IMG/VR virus record: IMGVR_UViG_3300042905_002309
Location: 169,278 to 233,277 of that record
DNA length: 64,000 nt
Direction: 5' to 3' (one strand)
Source: a virus
Taxonomy: Duplodnaviria; Heunggongvirae; Uroviricota; Caudoviricetes
Every line of letters starts with the position of its first letter. The first letter of the stretch is position 1. Shown here one piece after another: positions 27,912-37,832 of the stretch. The notes under the pieces are model-generated. The model saw only the letters and a program-made list of their open reading frames with translations. It was not told the origin of the DNA and did not search any database. The translations under genes and the position numbers were made by a program.

Positions 27912-28055
27912 ATGGACGGTTCAGCATTCAGCGGTATGGGTGAAGTTATTGCAACGATGATGATAGCGTGTGTAATATTTGTCCCATTAGGTATATGGAA
28001 ATGTGTTGACATTATCATCTGGTTATGGCATCATTTTCACATAGTAATTACTTGA
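27912..28055 (+). CDS. small membrane ORF (47 aa)
   Basis: Read by eye. Confidence 0.3.
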   Translation: MDGSAFSGMGEVIATMMIACVIFVPLGIWKCVDIIIWLWHHFHIVIT

Positions 28056-28062
28056 GGTAAAT

Positions 28063-28362
28063 ATGAAAACTAAAATAACTAAAATTAGTGCTGTTGATAA
28101 TCCGCTTGTACCTACTGCAAGTGTTGAACAGTATGAGTGTGGACATCTTAATGACTTGTCACCGTTTGATGGGTATTGGGTTACAGGGAAATTGGTTAAA
28201 CCAATTGTCGTAGGCGAATCTATCCTATTGGAGCGTGATTGTCGAAATGGTGTTAAAGTTGATGGAATGTTTGTTTCTTCAACGGTTAAAAAAACTGGTA
28301 AAAATTATGGTAAGTTGTTTGTATTTACAGATAATTCTATCTATAGAGTTGAGGAAGTATGA
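28063..28362 (+). CDS. hypothetical protein
   Basis: ORF track. Confidence 0.5.
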   Translation: MKTKITKISAVDNPLVPTASVEQYECGHLNDLSPFDGYWVTGKLVKPIVVGESILLERDCRNGVKVDGMFVSSTVKKTGKNYGKLFVFTDNSIYRVEEV

Positions 28363-28871
28363 AAATTGTACGTGACTTTCTAAGAGAGGTTTCGCTTGAA
28401 GAGTTCTGTGATGAAAATGATATTGAAATTATCATCCATGAACGTCCTAATGGTAGAGCGACAGGAAACGGCAACTTGACTCGCTATTATGGTGGATTAC
28501 AGAATAATATTAGTACACTCTGTGAAATTATTCGTCCTTCTATATTGAGTGGTGTTGTGGCTAATGGTAATACTGAGGAAGACGTTTTGAATCAAATAGT
28601 AGAAACTATTAGTGAAGAATCTATAACATTTGAAGCGATGAAAAAAGATCGTAGGATTTATAAGGTTCCTCGCTTAATTTCAGTGTGGACAGTTGATAAG
28701 AAATCAATTGCACCACCTGAAGAAAAAACTCATTATAAACCTTCAATTAGTAAAGAAAAATTTGAGAGAAGTTGTAAAAAGTGTGGATATCTAACTAAGA
28801 ATGTTAGTCACGGATATTATAAATGTCATTGCGGTGAATGTCCCGCTATAACTAAAAAGATACCAAAATGA
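28359..28871 (+). CDS. hypothetical protein with C-terminal Cys cluster
   Basis: ORF track. Confidence 0.55.
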   Translation: MKIVRDFLREVSLEEFCDENDIEIIIHERPNGRATGNGNLTRYYGGLQNNISTLCEIIRPSILSGVVANGNTEEDVLNQIVETISEESITFEAMKKDRRIYKVPRLISVWTVDKKSIAPPEEKTHYKPSISKEKFERSCKKCGYLTKNVSHGYYKCHCGECPAITKKIPK

Positions 28872-29329
28872 AAAAGAAGCCTGAAATGATTATAATGATG
28901 GGCTTACCCGCTTGTGGTAAGAACACTTGGATTAAAAATAACAAGAAGTCTCACGTTGTAGTTGAACTTGATTGGATTCGTAGACATATCTTTGGACATC
29001 AGTATCATAAAGAAGCTGAACCATTTATCATCGGTATGGCGAAAAGTATTACCAGAATGCTTTTATCACAAGGCAAAGATGTGATTATAAATTCAACTGG
29101 TTTGGTGGCACAAATTCGTAATGAGTGGGTGAATATGGCTGATGAATACGAATATACTACCAAAATTGTTTTTATTGACATACCCATTATGAAGTGCTAT
29201 TCTCGTAATAGTAAGCGAGTAGAAGATAAGGTTCCAGAAGAAGTGATTGAACGAATGGGTAACATCTTACAACGACCTAATATCTCTTGTATCGATAAAG
29301 CCGATAAAATTTTGATTGCGGAAGATTAA
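28868..29329 (+). CDS. pnk: polynucleotide 5'-kinase (T4 Pnkp kinase-domain-like, no phosphatase domain)
   Basis: P-loop GLPACGKNTW; VFIDIPIMKCYSRNSKRVEDKVPEEVIERM parallels T4 Pnkp [29 protein letters not shown]. Confidence 0.8.
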   Translation: MKKKPEMIIMMGLPACGKNTWIKNNKKSHVVVELDWIRRHIFGHQYHKEAEPFIIGMAKSITRMLLSQGKDVIINSTGLVAQIRNEWVNMADEYEYTTKIVFIDIPIMKCYSRNSKRVEDKVPEEVIERMGNILQRPNISCIDKADKILIAED

Positions 29330-29331
29330 TT

Positions 29332-30450
29332 ATGAAGAAAATGACTGTTGAAGATTTGCGAAAGACAGGATACATCATCTTTGAATGTATCAGTGGTTCA
29401 CATGCTTATGGAACCAATATTGAAACCTCTGATACCGATATCAGGGGTATCTATATTTTTCCTGAAAGTGAAAAGACTTTATTTGACGATCACCAATTGG
29501 AAGTCGCTGATGATAAACAGGATATCAAGTTTTTTGAACTACAGAAGTTCATGCAACTTTGCGCTGAAAATAATCCCAATGTGTTAGAGCTATTGTTTAC
29601 TCCCGCTGAGTGCATCATTTATAAGGATGCCCGAATGGATGTATTACTTACCAATAATGAATTGTTTGTAAGTCAGAAGTCTTACCATAGTTTTAATGGA
29701 TACGCTTATGCACAGATTCAAAAGGCAAAGGGTAAGAATAAGAAGGTGAATAATCCGAAGCCTGTAGAGCGTCCTGTCAAGGAAGATTACTGCTTTGTAA
29801 TTCCAGAGGGAAGGATATACAATCTTCCACCTGCTAGACCTATTAAACTTACTGAAATTACTAGTACTTATGGTGGCAGTACCGAAGTAGTTCCTTTTGA
29901 TTTGAGTAAATTTAATTGTGCTAGACTTGAACAAACTGCACATATCTATAGACTTTATTACTACGGTGATGAAGCTAAAGGTGTGTTTCGTGGTGATGAA
30001 AATCTTGTGCCAGAGTCTATCCCATTGGAAGACGAAGTTACTAAGTTTTATGGCTTACTCATTTGGAATGAAGATGCCTATAAGCGTGATGTAGCTGAAT
30101 GGAAGTCTTATTGGGAGTGGAAGAATAATCGTAATGATGCACGTTGGGTGGATCAGGAAAAGGGATTGCTTGACTACGATCAAAAGAATATGATGCATTG
30201 CATGAGACTAATGTTAAGTGGAAAGAACATCTTGACAAATGGTGTGCCACTTGTTCGATTTGATGGTGAACAGTTGCAGTATCTACGTGACATTCGTGCA
30301 GGTAAGTTTGAATATAATTTTATTATGAACGCTGTTGAAGAAAAGATGAAGGAATTGGAAGTATTAAAGGATACTACTAAGCTTCGATATGCTGTTGATA
30401 ATTACGCAATTAGCGAGATTTACAAAAAGTTGATTTATTACACACTTTAA
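29332..30450 (+). CDS. minimal nucleotidyltransferase (Pol-beta superfamily, GS-x9-13-DxD); RNA-repair-associated NTase candidate
   Basis: ISGSHAYGTNIETSDTDIRG. Confidence 0.55.
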   Translation: MKKMTVEDLRKTGYIIFECISGSHAYGTNIETSDTDIRGIYIFPESEKTLFDDHQLEVADDKQDIKFFELQKFMQLCAENNPNVLELLFTPAECIIYKDARMDVLLTNNELFVSQKSYHSFNGYAYAQIQKAKGKNKKVNNPKPVERPVKEDYCFVIPEGRIYNLPPARPIKLTEITSTYGGSTEVVPFDLSKFNCARLEQTAHIYRLYYYGDEAKGVFRGDENLVPESIPLEDEVTKFYGLLIWNEDAYKRDVAEWKSYWEWKNNRNDARWVDQEKGLLDYDQKNMMHCMRLMLSGKNILTNGVPLVRFDGEQLQYLRDIRAGKFEYNFIMNAVEEKMKELEVLKDTTKLRYAVDNYAISEIYKKLIYYTL

Positions 30451-30525
30451 TGTTGACTATGCTATCTTTGTTTGGTATCGTATTTAGCAGTGGTGGAAAT
30501 AATAACAAACAAAAGGGATAAAAGA

Positions 30526-31281
30526 ATGAAGAAAATTATTGTAATGGTGTTGGCAGTGTTGATGTGTGTCTCGTATGCTGATGCTAGAGGTTCAAGTTCT
30601 AGTTCACGTTCATCTGGATCACGCTCTTATAGTAGTAAGAGTTCTACCTCTAGTAAATCATATAACTCTTCTAGTAGGTCTGCAACACCTAGTAAGTCTG
30701 TCAGAACCCCTAGCATTACTCCAAGGTCTACACCCGCACCATTGACGATGCCAAAATATAACTCATCTTCAAGTAAAATTACTCCTAAATATACTCCTGC
30801 ACCTATTAAAACCTCTTCCCGTAGTTGGTTTAATAAGTCTACTCCAAGTCACTCAACAAGTCGAATGGTTCCTAATTATCATCGATCATATTCCTATGAC
30901 CGTCCTTCCTATACCACACATCATTCATCAGGGTTTGGAATGACTGATTATTTGATGTTGTATATGATTTTTGGCAATCATAATAACAACTCTACAAAAA
31001 GTTATGTAAATAACGCATATCCAGTTGCACCTACACTTGTAACAACTCGTTCAAATGTGGTAACGACCGTTCCTGCATATCTATGTAATACACAGTATCT
31101 TGGAACAGTTGAAGCCGATGAAAGAGTCAATGGAACTTATACCGTGTCTGATGAGACAGCAAGAAAAGTTGAACAAAGTAAAAATAGTGTTATGCTTTTC
31201 AACGTGGGTATGCTAGTATTGATCGTGTTGGCAGTATTTGGAGTGATTGGTTGGATTGTTTATATTAAAACGAAAGGATAA
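30526..31281 (+). CDS. secreted Ser-rich protein with C-terminal TM anchor
   Basis: Signal peptide MKKIIVMVLAVLMCVSYA; low-complexity S/T/P region; C-terminal hydrophobic helix. Confidence 0.55.
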   Translation: MKKIIVMVLAVLMCVSYADARGSSSSSRSSGSRSYSSKSSTSSKSYNSSSRSATPSKSVRTPSITPRSTPAPLTMPKYNSSSSKITPKYTPAPIKTSSRSWFNKSTPSHSTSRMVPNYHRSYSYDRPSYTTHHSSGFGMTDYLMLYMIFGNHNNNSTKSYVNNAYPVAPTLVTTRSNVVTTVPAYLCNTQYLGTVEADERVNGTYTVSDETARKVEQSKNSVMLFNVGMLVLIVLAVFGVIGWIVYIKTKG

Positions 31282-31378
31282 ACATGCGCTAGATAATAAA
31301 GATAAAGTGTGTGAATATGTTGGATAAAGTGTTGATAGTAAATGTATTAAATAAATGTTAGTAAAAGAAAGAATAAAA

Positions 31379-32650
31379 ATGAAAACAAAGTTGATTGTGT
31401 TGGGATTGTTGACGTTGGTGGTAGTGTGTATTTGTGCGTTGTGGGGTCAGGCTGTTGAACCTGTCATTTCTACGAAGTTGGCTCTTGCCAATGTGAATGG
31501 AACTGATGGCGATTGGCAGACCTTGAACGTGTTTACAGCTAATAAGTTCTTGATTAAGACTGTATTAGTGGCTTTGCTTGGCATCGTGGCAATGTTTATG
31601 TTCCTTCCTAAGAATACTGGTAAGAACGTGAGTATTGTTATTGGTATGCTTATCATTGGTTTGAATACTACTGGTTGTATGCGACCTTACGATATTCCTG
31701 AATACAGGGATGTTAAGCCTAATGAGACAGCTTTCGTCATTCCTTTGGATATTGACGGAAACGGTCAAGTGAAGTTCAACTCTGCATCATTCTTGGAAAC
31801 GAAAAAGGTTGCATCTAAGCGTATTCAGGTTATGCATCGTTGGGTACAGGAAGGTCGCTTGATCGCTGATGGTAAGTATATTCCGACTTCTGTATTGATT
31901 ATCGTTGATCGTCAACCTGTTACAGAGGAATGGGTTGCAAAAGAAGGTCAGGTAAAGGGTAAAGATAATGCTATCTGGACTGAAAGTATGGATTCAGTTG
32001 GATTCAGCATGGGTTGGACTTGTACCGCTTATATCAAGGAAGAGGATGCTTCTAATTTCTTGTACTTCTACCCTAGTTCTGGTTTGAAAGCTGTTATGAA
32101 TAGTGAAATTCGTGGAAGGGTTCAAATGACTTCTGCTAACTTCTCTGCTCAGTATAAGCTTGACGATTTGCGTAATAAGAAGAATGAAATGGCAAAGAAG
32201 GTTCAGGAAGATGTTATTGAGTTCTTCAAGACTCGTGGTATCACTATTACAATGGTTGGTATGTTCGGTGGTATGACCTATGAAAATCCTAAGATTCAGG
32301 ATGCTATCGATCAGACCTTTGTAAGTCAGCAGGAAAAGGTTAATGCGTCAGCTTTCTTGGATGCACAGAAGGATAAGAATGCTCGTATTAATAGCGAGGC
32401 TACGGCACTTGCAGAAGCGTCACGTTCAAAAGCCAAGGGTGAAGCTGATGGTATTGAGTTTATCAATGTCGCACTTGCCAAGGCTAATAACAACCCTCAG
32501 TTGATTGAGTTGCGTCAAATTGAGGTTGAGAAGGCACGTATCGACAAGTGGAATGGCACGTATCCTAGCACCGTTGCAGGAGCAGGGGCGCAGACATGGG
32601 TAGGATTGTCCCAAAAGGATGAAGTAGCACCTGTAATGCCTAAGAAATAA
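31379..32650 (+). CDS. SPFH/band-7 (stomatin/prohibitin/HflC-like) membrane protein
   Basis: N-terminal TM, central SPFH-like region, Ala/Glu-rich coiled coil (AEASRSKAKGEADGIEFINVALAKA). Confidence 0.55.
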   Translation: MKTKLIVLGLLTLVVVCICALWGQAVEPVISTKLALANVNGTDGDWQTLNVFTANKFLIKTVLVALLGIVAMFMFLPKNTGKNVSIVIGMLIIGLNTTGCMRPYDIPEYRDVKPNETAFVIPLDIDGNGQVKFNSASFLETKKVASKRIQVMHRWVQEGRLIADGKYIPTSVLIIVDRQPVTEEWVAKEGQVKGKDNAIWTESMDSVGFSMGWTCTAYIKEEDASNFLYFYPSSGLKAVMNSEIRGRVQMTSANFSAQYKLDDLRNKKNEMAKKVQEDVIEFFKTRGITITMVGMFGGMTYENPKIQDAIDQTFVSQQEKVNASAFLDAQKDKNARINSEATALAEASRSKAKGEADGIEFINVALAKANNNPQLIELRQIEVEKARIDKWNGTYPSTVAGAGAQTWVGLSQKDEVAPVMPKK

Positions 32651-32667
32651 CTTTAACCAGAAGTTAG

Positions 32668-32700
32668 AAGTCCCCTGCCCGAAAGGGTGGTGGATTTTTT
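32668..32700 (+). terminator. putative rho-independent terminator (GCCCGAAAGGGT hairpin plus TTTTTT)
   Basis: Seen directly. Confidence 0.45.
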
Positions 32701-32736
32701 GTTGACAGTATCACGTTTTTATGAGAGACTATAAAC
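32699..32736 (+). promoter_or_regulatory. promoter (TTGACA, N17, GAGACT) immediately upstream of 32737
   Basis: Same -10 type as the cassette family. Confidence 0.35.
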
Positions 32737-33072
32737 ATGAAGAAGCAGTATAAGAAATCTTGTAAAGAAGTATTGATTAAATATACTGAACAGGGTTCAG
32801 ATGCAATTAAACAGGTGATAGTTCACCACACTAGTAAGAGTAAGGCTATATTGGCATGGAAGAAAAGTAATCCCAATGCTCGATTAGTACCTATGCCATC
32901 AAGTGGTGAATATTCTGTAGAGGCTTATACTATAGTAAAATGTTGTAGAACGTGTAAACATTTTCAAGAATATTGCAATCTATATCCAGACTATCCTTCA
33001 AGAGGACAATGTTTAAAAACCACCAACATGATGTTATGGTTTAACGAATGTAAGGATTTTGAGGCTAAATGA
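32737..33072 (+). CDS. hypothetical protein
   Basis: ORF track. Confidence 0.5.
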   Translation: MKKQYKKSCKEVLIKYTEQGSDAIKQVIVHHTSKSKAILAWKKSNPNARLVPMPSSGEYSVEAYTIVKCCRTCKHFQEYCNLYPDYPSRGQCLKTTNMMLWFNECKDFEAK

Positions 33073-33195
33073 AACCATATAGTGATAAAATTAATCCTAA
33101 AGGTATGTCAGGTCGTAGGAAGTCAAAGAATACTGCACATCGTAGACGATCATTAAGAGTTGATAAGAAGTCAGCAAGACAGGCAGGAAAGAAAA

Positions 33196-33663
33196 ATGAA
33201 TATTAATCTAAAATATCTAAGATACATTTTAATACATAAGTACTACGTTTTTAAAGCCTGTCTAAAATATGGATTGGTTTGGCGAGGGCTTGTACACGAT
33301 TTATCAAAATTGCGTCCATCAGAGTTTATACCTTATCGTGAATACTTTTATGGAGATTTAAGCAATACTGATGAATGTGCAACAAACTTTGATTATGCTT
33401 GGAAGTCTCACCAGAAATGTAATAAACATCATCCCCAATATTGGCTATTGAAGAATGATGATGGTAAGCTACGCCCCTTAGAAATGCCATTGGTATACCG
33501 TCAGGAGATGGTAGCAGATTGGAGAGGTGCAGGGATGGCTATCAATAGTAAGGATGAGGTTCTAGCGTGGTATACTAAAAATAGGTTGAAAATGATTATT
33601 GCGCCTGTTACCAGAGCATGGGTTGAAAATGAAATTGGATATAAAGAAGGAAAGGTAATATGA
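33196..33663 (+). CDS. hypothetical protein
   Basis: ORF track; ATG 33196. Confidence 0.5.
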   Translation: MNINLKYLRYILIHKYYVFKACLKYGLVWRGLVHDLSKLRPSEFIPYREYFYGDLSNTDECATNFDYAWKSHQKCNKHHPQYWLLKNDDGKLRPLEMPLVYRQEMVADWRGAGMAINSKDEVLAWYTKNRLKMIIAPVTRAWVENEIGYKEGKVI

Positions 33664-34046
33664 AAACTATAAAGGGTTGGAAAGTAATTAGAGTAAAAGA
33701 TAGAAGGTCGGCAGTTACGACAATGGGTTGCACAGAGCAAGGAAAGTATATTTTACATTACCCTGTAGGTGTTACAGTTAAACCTAAAGTAGCGGGTACT
33801 AAGATATTATTTTTCAAAAAATTAGTACACGCCGAAATCTTTCGAGATATAAATAGTAAAGATTATAACGAACTTTTTATTGTTCCTTGTATTGCACAAG
33901 GGGCTTCAAAAATTAAAATAGTTTCTAATTTAATGCAAATTGATGATTTTTGGAAGCTTAAAAAATCCAAAAAAGGTGTTGGTTGCTTTAGTTGGATGGC
34001 TCCAAGTGGAACATATGGCGCAGATTCAATTAAATGTTTGAAATAA
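33660..34046 (+). CDS. hypothetical protein
   Basis: ORF track. Confidence 0.5.
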   Translation: MKTIKGWKVIRVKDRRSAVTTMGCTEQGKYILHYPVGVTVKPKVAGTKILFFKKLVHAEIFRDINSKDYNELFIVPCIAQGASKIKIVSNLMQIDDFWKLKKSKKGVGCFSWMAPSGTYGADSIKCLK

Positions 34047-34112
34047 ATTTGTTTAGGTTGTGGTATTGTTTTATCAGCTTGTAGACTAAATAATTGTAGG
34101 AGTAATACAATT

Positions 34113-34808
34113 ATGTACATTTACAAGACAACTAACAAATTAAATGGTAAAATTTATATCGGACTTTCAAAGTTTGCGCCACAAGAAAATCCAGAGTATT
34201 TAGGTTCTGGTTATATCTTAAAGAAAGCTATTGAATGTTATGGTGCAGAGAATTTTGTAAAAGTTATTTTAGAAGAATGTTCTACACAGGAACAGCTATT
34301 AGAACGAGAAAGATACTGGATAGCCACATTAAAAGCTAATGACCGCAATGTGGGTTATAATATTTGTGAGGGTGGAACATGGGGTGACAATTGGACTAAT
34401 CATCCTAATAAAGAAGAATGGCGCAAAAAACTTAGTGAATCTAATCGTGGCAAGAAGAATGGTAATTATGGTAATCGATGGACTGATGAACAGAAAAGAA
34501 AAGCATCAGAAAGAGTAAAATTAAATCCTATAGGAATTGATCCTAAAACTGGTGAACACTATACAAAGAATCCTGAAACTAGAAAAAAATTATCAGATAC
34601 GAAATTAGGTTTAAATAATCCACACTCAAATTTATGGAAATTAGTATCGCCCATAGGTGAAATTTTTATAATAGAAGGTGGAATCAAAAAGAAAATTAAA
34701 GAATGTGGTTCAGACTATCAACAATTTAAACACGCTTTAATATTACCTGACGGTGGACGAAGAAATCTTAAAGGTTGGACACTATATAAATTAGAAAAAC
34801 CAATATAA
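34113..34808 (+). CDS. GIY-YIG homing endonuclease (Seg/I-TevI-like, NUMOD-like C-terminal repeats)
   Basis: YIYKTTNKLNGKIYIGLS ... NVGYNICEGG. Confidence 0.85.
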   Translation: MYIYKTTNKLNGKIYIGLSKFAPQENPEYLGSGYILKKAIECYGAENFVKVILEECSTQEQLLERERYWIATLKANDRNVGYNICEGGTWGDNWTNHPNKEEWRKKLSESNRGKKNGNYGNRWTDEQKRKASERVKLNPIGIDPKTGEHYTKNPETRKKLSDTKLGLNNPHSNLWKLVSPIGEIFIIEGGIKKKIKECGSDYQQFKHALILPDGGRRNLKGWTLYKLEKPI

Positions 34809-34847
34809 TTGTTGACAATAGCTACGAAATAATGTAGATTATTACAC
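34808..34847 (+). promoter_or_regulatory. promoter (TTGACA 34812-34817, N17, TAGATT) upstream of rtcB
   Basis: By eye. Confidence 0.35.
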
Positions 34848-36038
34848 ATGAAAGAGATTAAAGGACAATTTAATACTGCGAAGGTGTTTGCATCAACAGT
34901 CGAACCTTCTTGTGAAGCACAAATTTTAGAGTTATGTAATGAAGAATGGGTATATAACTCTAAAATACGCATTATGGCAGACTGTCATTCTGGTAAGGGA
35001 TGTGTTATTGGTACTACTATGACAATTATTGATAAAATTGTTCCTAATTTAACCGGGGTTGATATCGGATGTGGGGTTCTTGTGACTAAATTTGATACGC
35101 TTTCTTTAACCTTGGAACAGGTTGACTCAATTGTTAAGCGTAACATCCCTATGGGTATGAATTCTCGTCAGTCTATGGTGGTTGACTTTACTCCTGAATT
35201 GGATAAGGCTATCTGTAAGGAAGCTTTTGATCCTCGTCAGGTTTGTAAGTCCATTGGTTCGTTGGGTGGTGGAAACCACTTTATCGAAATTGATAAGGAC
35301 GATGAGGGTAATTTTTATTTAGTCGTACATACGGGTTCTCGTAACTTTGGTAAGCGTGTTGCTGAACATTACCAGAACAAGGCTGTTGATTATCATTCCA
35401 AGAAGGGTTTGAAGTCTACTCAAGAAATCATTAACGAGTTGAAAGCCAAGGGGTTACAACACATGATTCCTGCTGAATTGAAGAAACGTAATGCCGTGGC
35501 TAACGAAGCTTTGACCTATTTGGAAGGTGACTTGTTTGATTGTTACTTAAACGATATGCATATTGCTCAGAAGATGGCAAGTGAGAACCGTAAGGCTATT
35601 GCAGATATCTTGTGCCGTACAATGCATATTAAGCCTACTGAACAATTTGAAACGATTCATAACTACATTGATGTTCATGCTATGATTTTGCGTAAAGGTG
35701 CTATCTCTGCGAAAGCGGGTGAAGTGTGCTTAATTCCTATCAATATGCGTGATGGTTCGTTAATCTGTGTTGGTAAGGGTAACGAAGATTATAACTATTC
35801 TGCGCCTCATGGTGCAGGTCGTTTAATGTCTCGTAAACAGGCGAAGCGTGAATTGTCTTTGGAAGGGTTCAAGGATACGATGAAGGATATTTATTCATCT
35901 ACGGTGGGTGCGTCTACGTTGGACGAAGCACCTGATGCTTACAAGCCTATTGCTGAAATCTTGGAGAACATTCAGGATACGGTTACGGTGTTGAAGCAGA
36001 TCAAGCCTATTTACAATGTGAAAGCGGAAGAGGAATAA
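34848..36038 (+). CDS. rtcB: RtcB RNA 3'-phosphate/2',3'-cyclic-phosphate ligase
   Basis: MADCHSGKGCVIG...GVDIGCG...GGGNHFIEID...HGAGR align with E. coli RtcB MPDVHLGKG...GVDIGCG...GNHFIEI...HGAGR. Confidence 0.95.
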   Translation: MKEIKGQFNTAKVFASTVEPSCEAQILELCNEEWVYNSKIRIMADCHSGKGCVIGTTMTIIDKIVPNLTGVDIGCGVLVTKFDTLSLTLEQVDSIVKRNIPMGMNSRQSMVVDFTPELDKAICKEAFDPRQVCKSIGSLGGGNHFIEIDKDDEGNFYLVVHTGSRNFGKRVAEHYQNKAVDYHSKKGLKSTQEIINELKAKGLQHMIPAELKKRNAVANEALTYLEGDLFDCYLNDMHIAQKMASENRKAIADILCRTMHIKPTEQFETIHNYIDVHAMILRKGAISAKAGEVCLIPINMRDGSLICVGKGNEDYNYSAPHGAGRLMSRKQAKRELSLEGFKDTMKDIYSSTVGASTLDEAPDAYKPIAEILENIQDTVTVLKQIKPIYNVKAEEE

Positions 36039-36165
36039 ATAATGAAGGTACTACTATGTCTAGTTTGTATTACATTTATTACTGGATGTTCGACATACAA
36101 TAATAGAAAATACATACCAGAAGCGGGTAGTACCGAATTATTTCCAACCCATAGGATAAATTAAA

Positions 36166-36393
36166 ATGAACGAAGATATTAAACCATTACCATGTCCCTT
36201 TTGTGGCGAGATTCTTACATTTCAAATTGATGAAATGGGTGGGGTGTGGTACGAACATAGTGATCGCAATCCTTATACTGTCTTTACATATAAGACAAAC
36301 TATAATGAAGCAAAGCGTTGTGTGTTGTCACATTTTACCTTAGATGGTGATCCAAAAGCTATTAAACAATGGAATGATCGAATAAAGGATTAA
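36166..36393 (+). CDS. zinc-ribbon small protein (CPFCGE)
   Basis: ORF track. Confidence 0.45.
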   Translation: MNEDIKPLPCPFCGEILTFQIDEMGGVWYEHSDRNPYTVFTYKTNYNEAKRCVLSHFTLDGDPKAIKQWNDRIKD

Positions 36394-36394
36394 T

Positions 36395-36973
36395 ATGGAC
36401 ATTCGCAAAGTTAGTAAAATATTGTGTTTAAGTTTACGACATAAACCAGAACTTTTGAAATTGAATATGGATTCCGAAGGTTGGGTTGATGTCAATGAAT
36501 TAATCCGCAGATACAATAATTACTATAAGCCTGACACTTACCTTAATAGGAATTTTCTTGATAAGGTGGTTGAAGAGAACAATAAGAAGCGTTTCGCCTA
36601 TAGTGATGATGGTACAAAGATTCGTGCCTCTCAGGGACATTCGATTAATATTAATTTGAATCTTCCTGAGAGTGTTCCAGAAGATATTTTATATCATGGA
36701 ACAGCTAAACGTTTTCTTAATGGTATCATGAAAGAAGGTTTGAAGAAAATGGAGCGTCAACACGTTCATTTATCTGACAATCTTAAAACAGCTTATTCAG
36801 TAGGTTCACGACATGGAGAACCTATTATTCTTATGGTACATGCGGGTGTAATGCATAAGAATGGGTTTAAGTTTTACAAATCCGAGAATGGGGTATGGTT
36901 GACTGATAATGTTCCGAAACAATATCTTGACTTTGCACCAATAATTGCGTATACTACTGGCTACGGTAAATAA
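36395..36973 (+). CDS. kptA: RNA 2'-phosphotransferase Tpt1/KptA
   Basis: SKILCLSLRHKPE...GWVDV...KRFAYSDDGTKIRASQGHS...YHGTAKRFL...HVHLS matches KptA along its whole length. Confidence 0.95.
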   Translation: MDIRKVSKILCLSLRHKPELLKLNMDSEGWVDVNELIRRYNNYYKPDTYLNRNFLDKVVEENNKKRFAYSDDGTKIRASQGHSININLNLPESVPEDILYHGTAKRFLNGIMKEGLKKMERQHVHLSDNLKTAYSVGSRHGEPIILMVHAGVMHKNGFKFYKSENGVWLTDNVPKQYLDFAPIIAYTTGYGK

Positions 36974-36983
36974 AGGATAAATT

Positions 36984-37217
36984 ATGGGATATGATTTTAC
37001 AATAGAGAAGTATTACAAAGTTAAAAAGGAAGGTCGCTATCCTGCACCATGTCCTAGAGATAAAAACGACACTTGGTTGTTATTTGATGATGATATTTTG
37101 ACTAAAAATGAAGATGGTACGTTTGCGTGTCAAACAGGTATATGCAGAATTGGCATTATCCTTAAAGATGATGAAATTGAATATTTTGAGAAACCAGTTA
37201 GATTACGTATCGGGTAA
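36984..37217 (+). CDS. hypothetical small protein
   Basis: ORF track. Confidence 0.45.
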   Translation: MGYDFTIEKYYKVKKEGRYPAPCPRDKNDTWLLFDDDILTKNEDGTFACQTGICRIGIILKDDEIEYFEKPVRLRIG

Positions 37218-37225
37218 GGCTTAAT

Positions 37226-37564
37226 ATGAATAACTTTGAAAAACTAGCTAAGAAATCACATGAAGATGCAGTTAAATTTTGGTCGAGTGTCCCTTGGCAT
37301 TTGACTAATCAAGAAATTGAACAGGTAATCAATCGACCTTACAACACTATTGCTATGTATCGTAAAAATTATGCTTCACATACACTTGGTGTTAGGAAGA
37401 GTTGGAAACCAAAGGTTCTAAAGCTTATCAAAGGTGACTTAAATTACATTGTAGCTAAGAATTTTGTAGAACAAGCGAGTGCTAGAGTTGCGGGATATGC
37501 TTTAGGCAAACAATTGAAACAGTCTCGTAAACCTAGTTTAATCTATCTCAAATTAAAGGATTAA
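37226..37564 (+). CDS. hypothetical protein
   Basis: ORF track. Confidence 0.5.
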   Translation: MNNFEKLAKKSHEDAVKFWSSVPWHLTNQEIEQVINRPYNTIAMYRKNYASHTLGVRKSWKPKVLKLIKGDLNYIVAKNFVEQASARVAGYALGKQLKQSRKPSLIYLKLKD

Positions 37565-37565
37565 T

Positions 37566-37793
37566 ATGGATTTTGACACACTACGAAATGATATTGATGA
37601 AATGAATAATAGAATTATGGCAGAACTTGATGCAGAGATATCAGATTTTGTTGAATGGTATAGGTTAGTTGAAAGAATTGGTAAGATCGTTGGTCTTCCT
37701 TCATCAAAATTCCCAAAGGGTAATGAGCATATTGTCGAGAAGATTCAAGAGTTGGTGGATGCCAAAAATCGTTATACTGATGATGGAAAATAA
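37566..37793 (+). CDS. hypothetical small protein
   Basis: ORF track. Confidence 0.45.
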   Translation: MDFDTLRNDIDEMNNRIMAELDAEISDFVEWYRLVERIGKIVGLPSSKFPKGNEHIVEKIQELVDAKNRYTDDGK

Positions 37794-37832
37794 TTATTGA
37801 CTAATACAATTAAACAATGTAGTCTATTAAAC

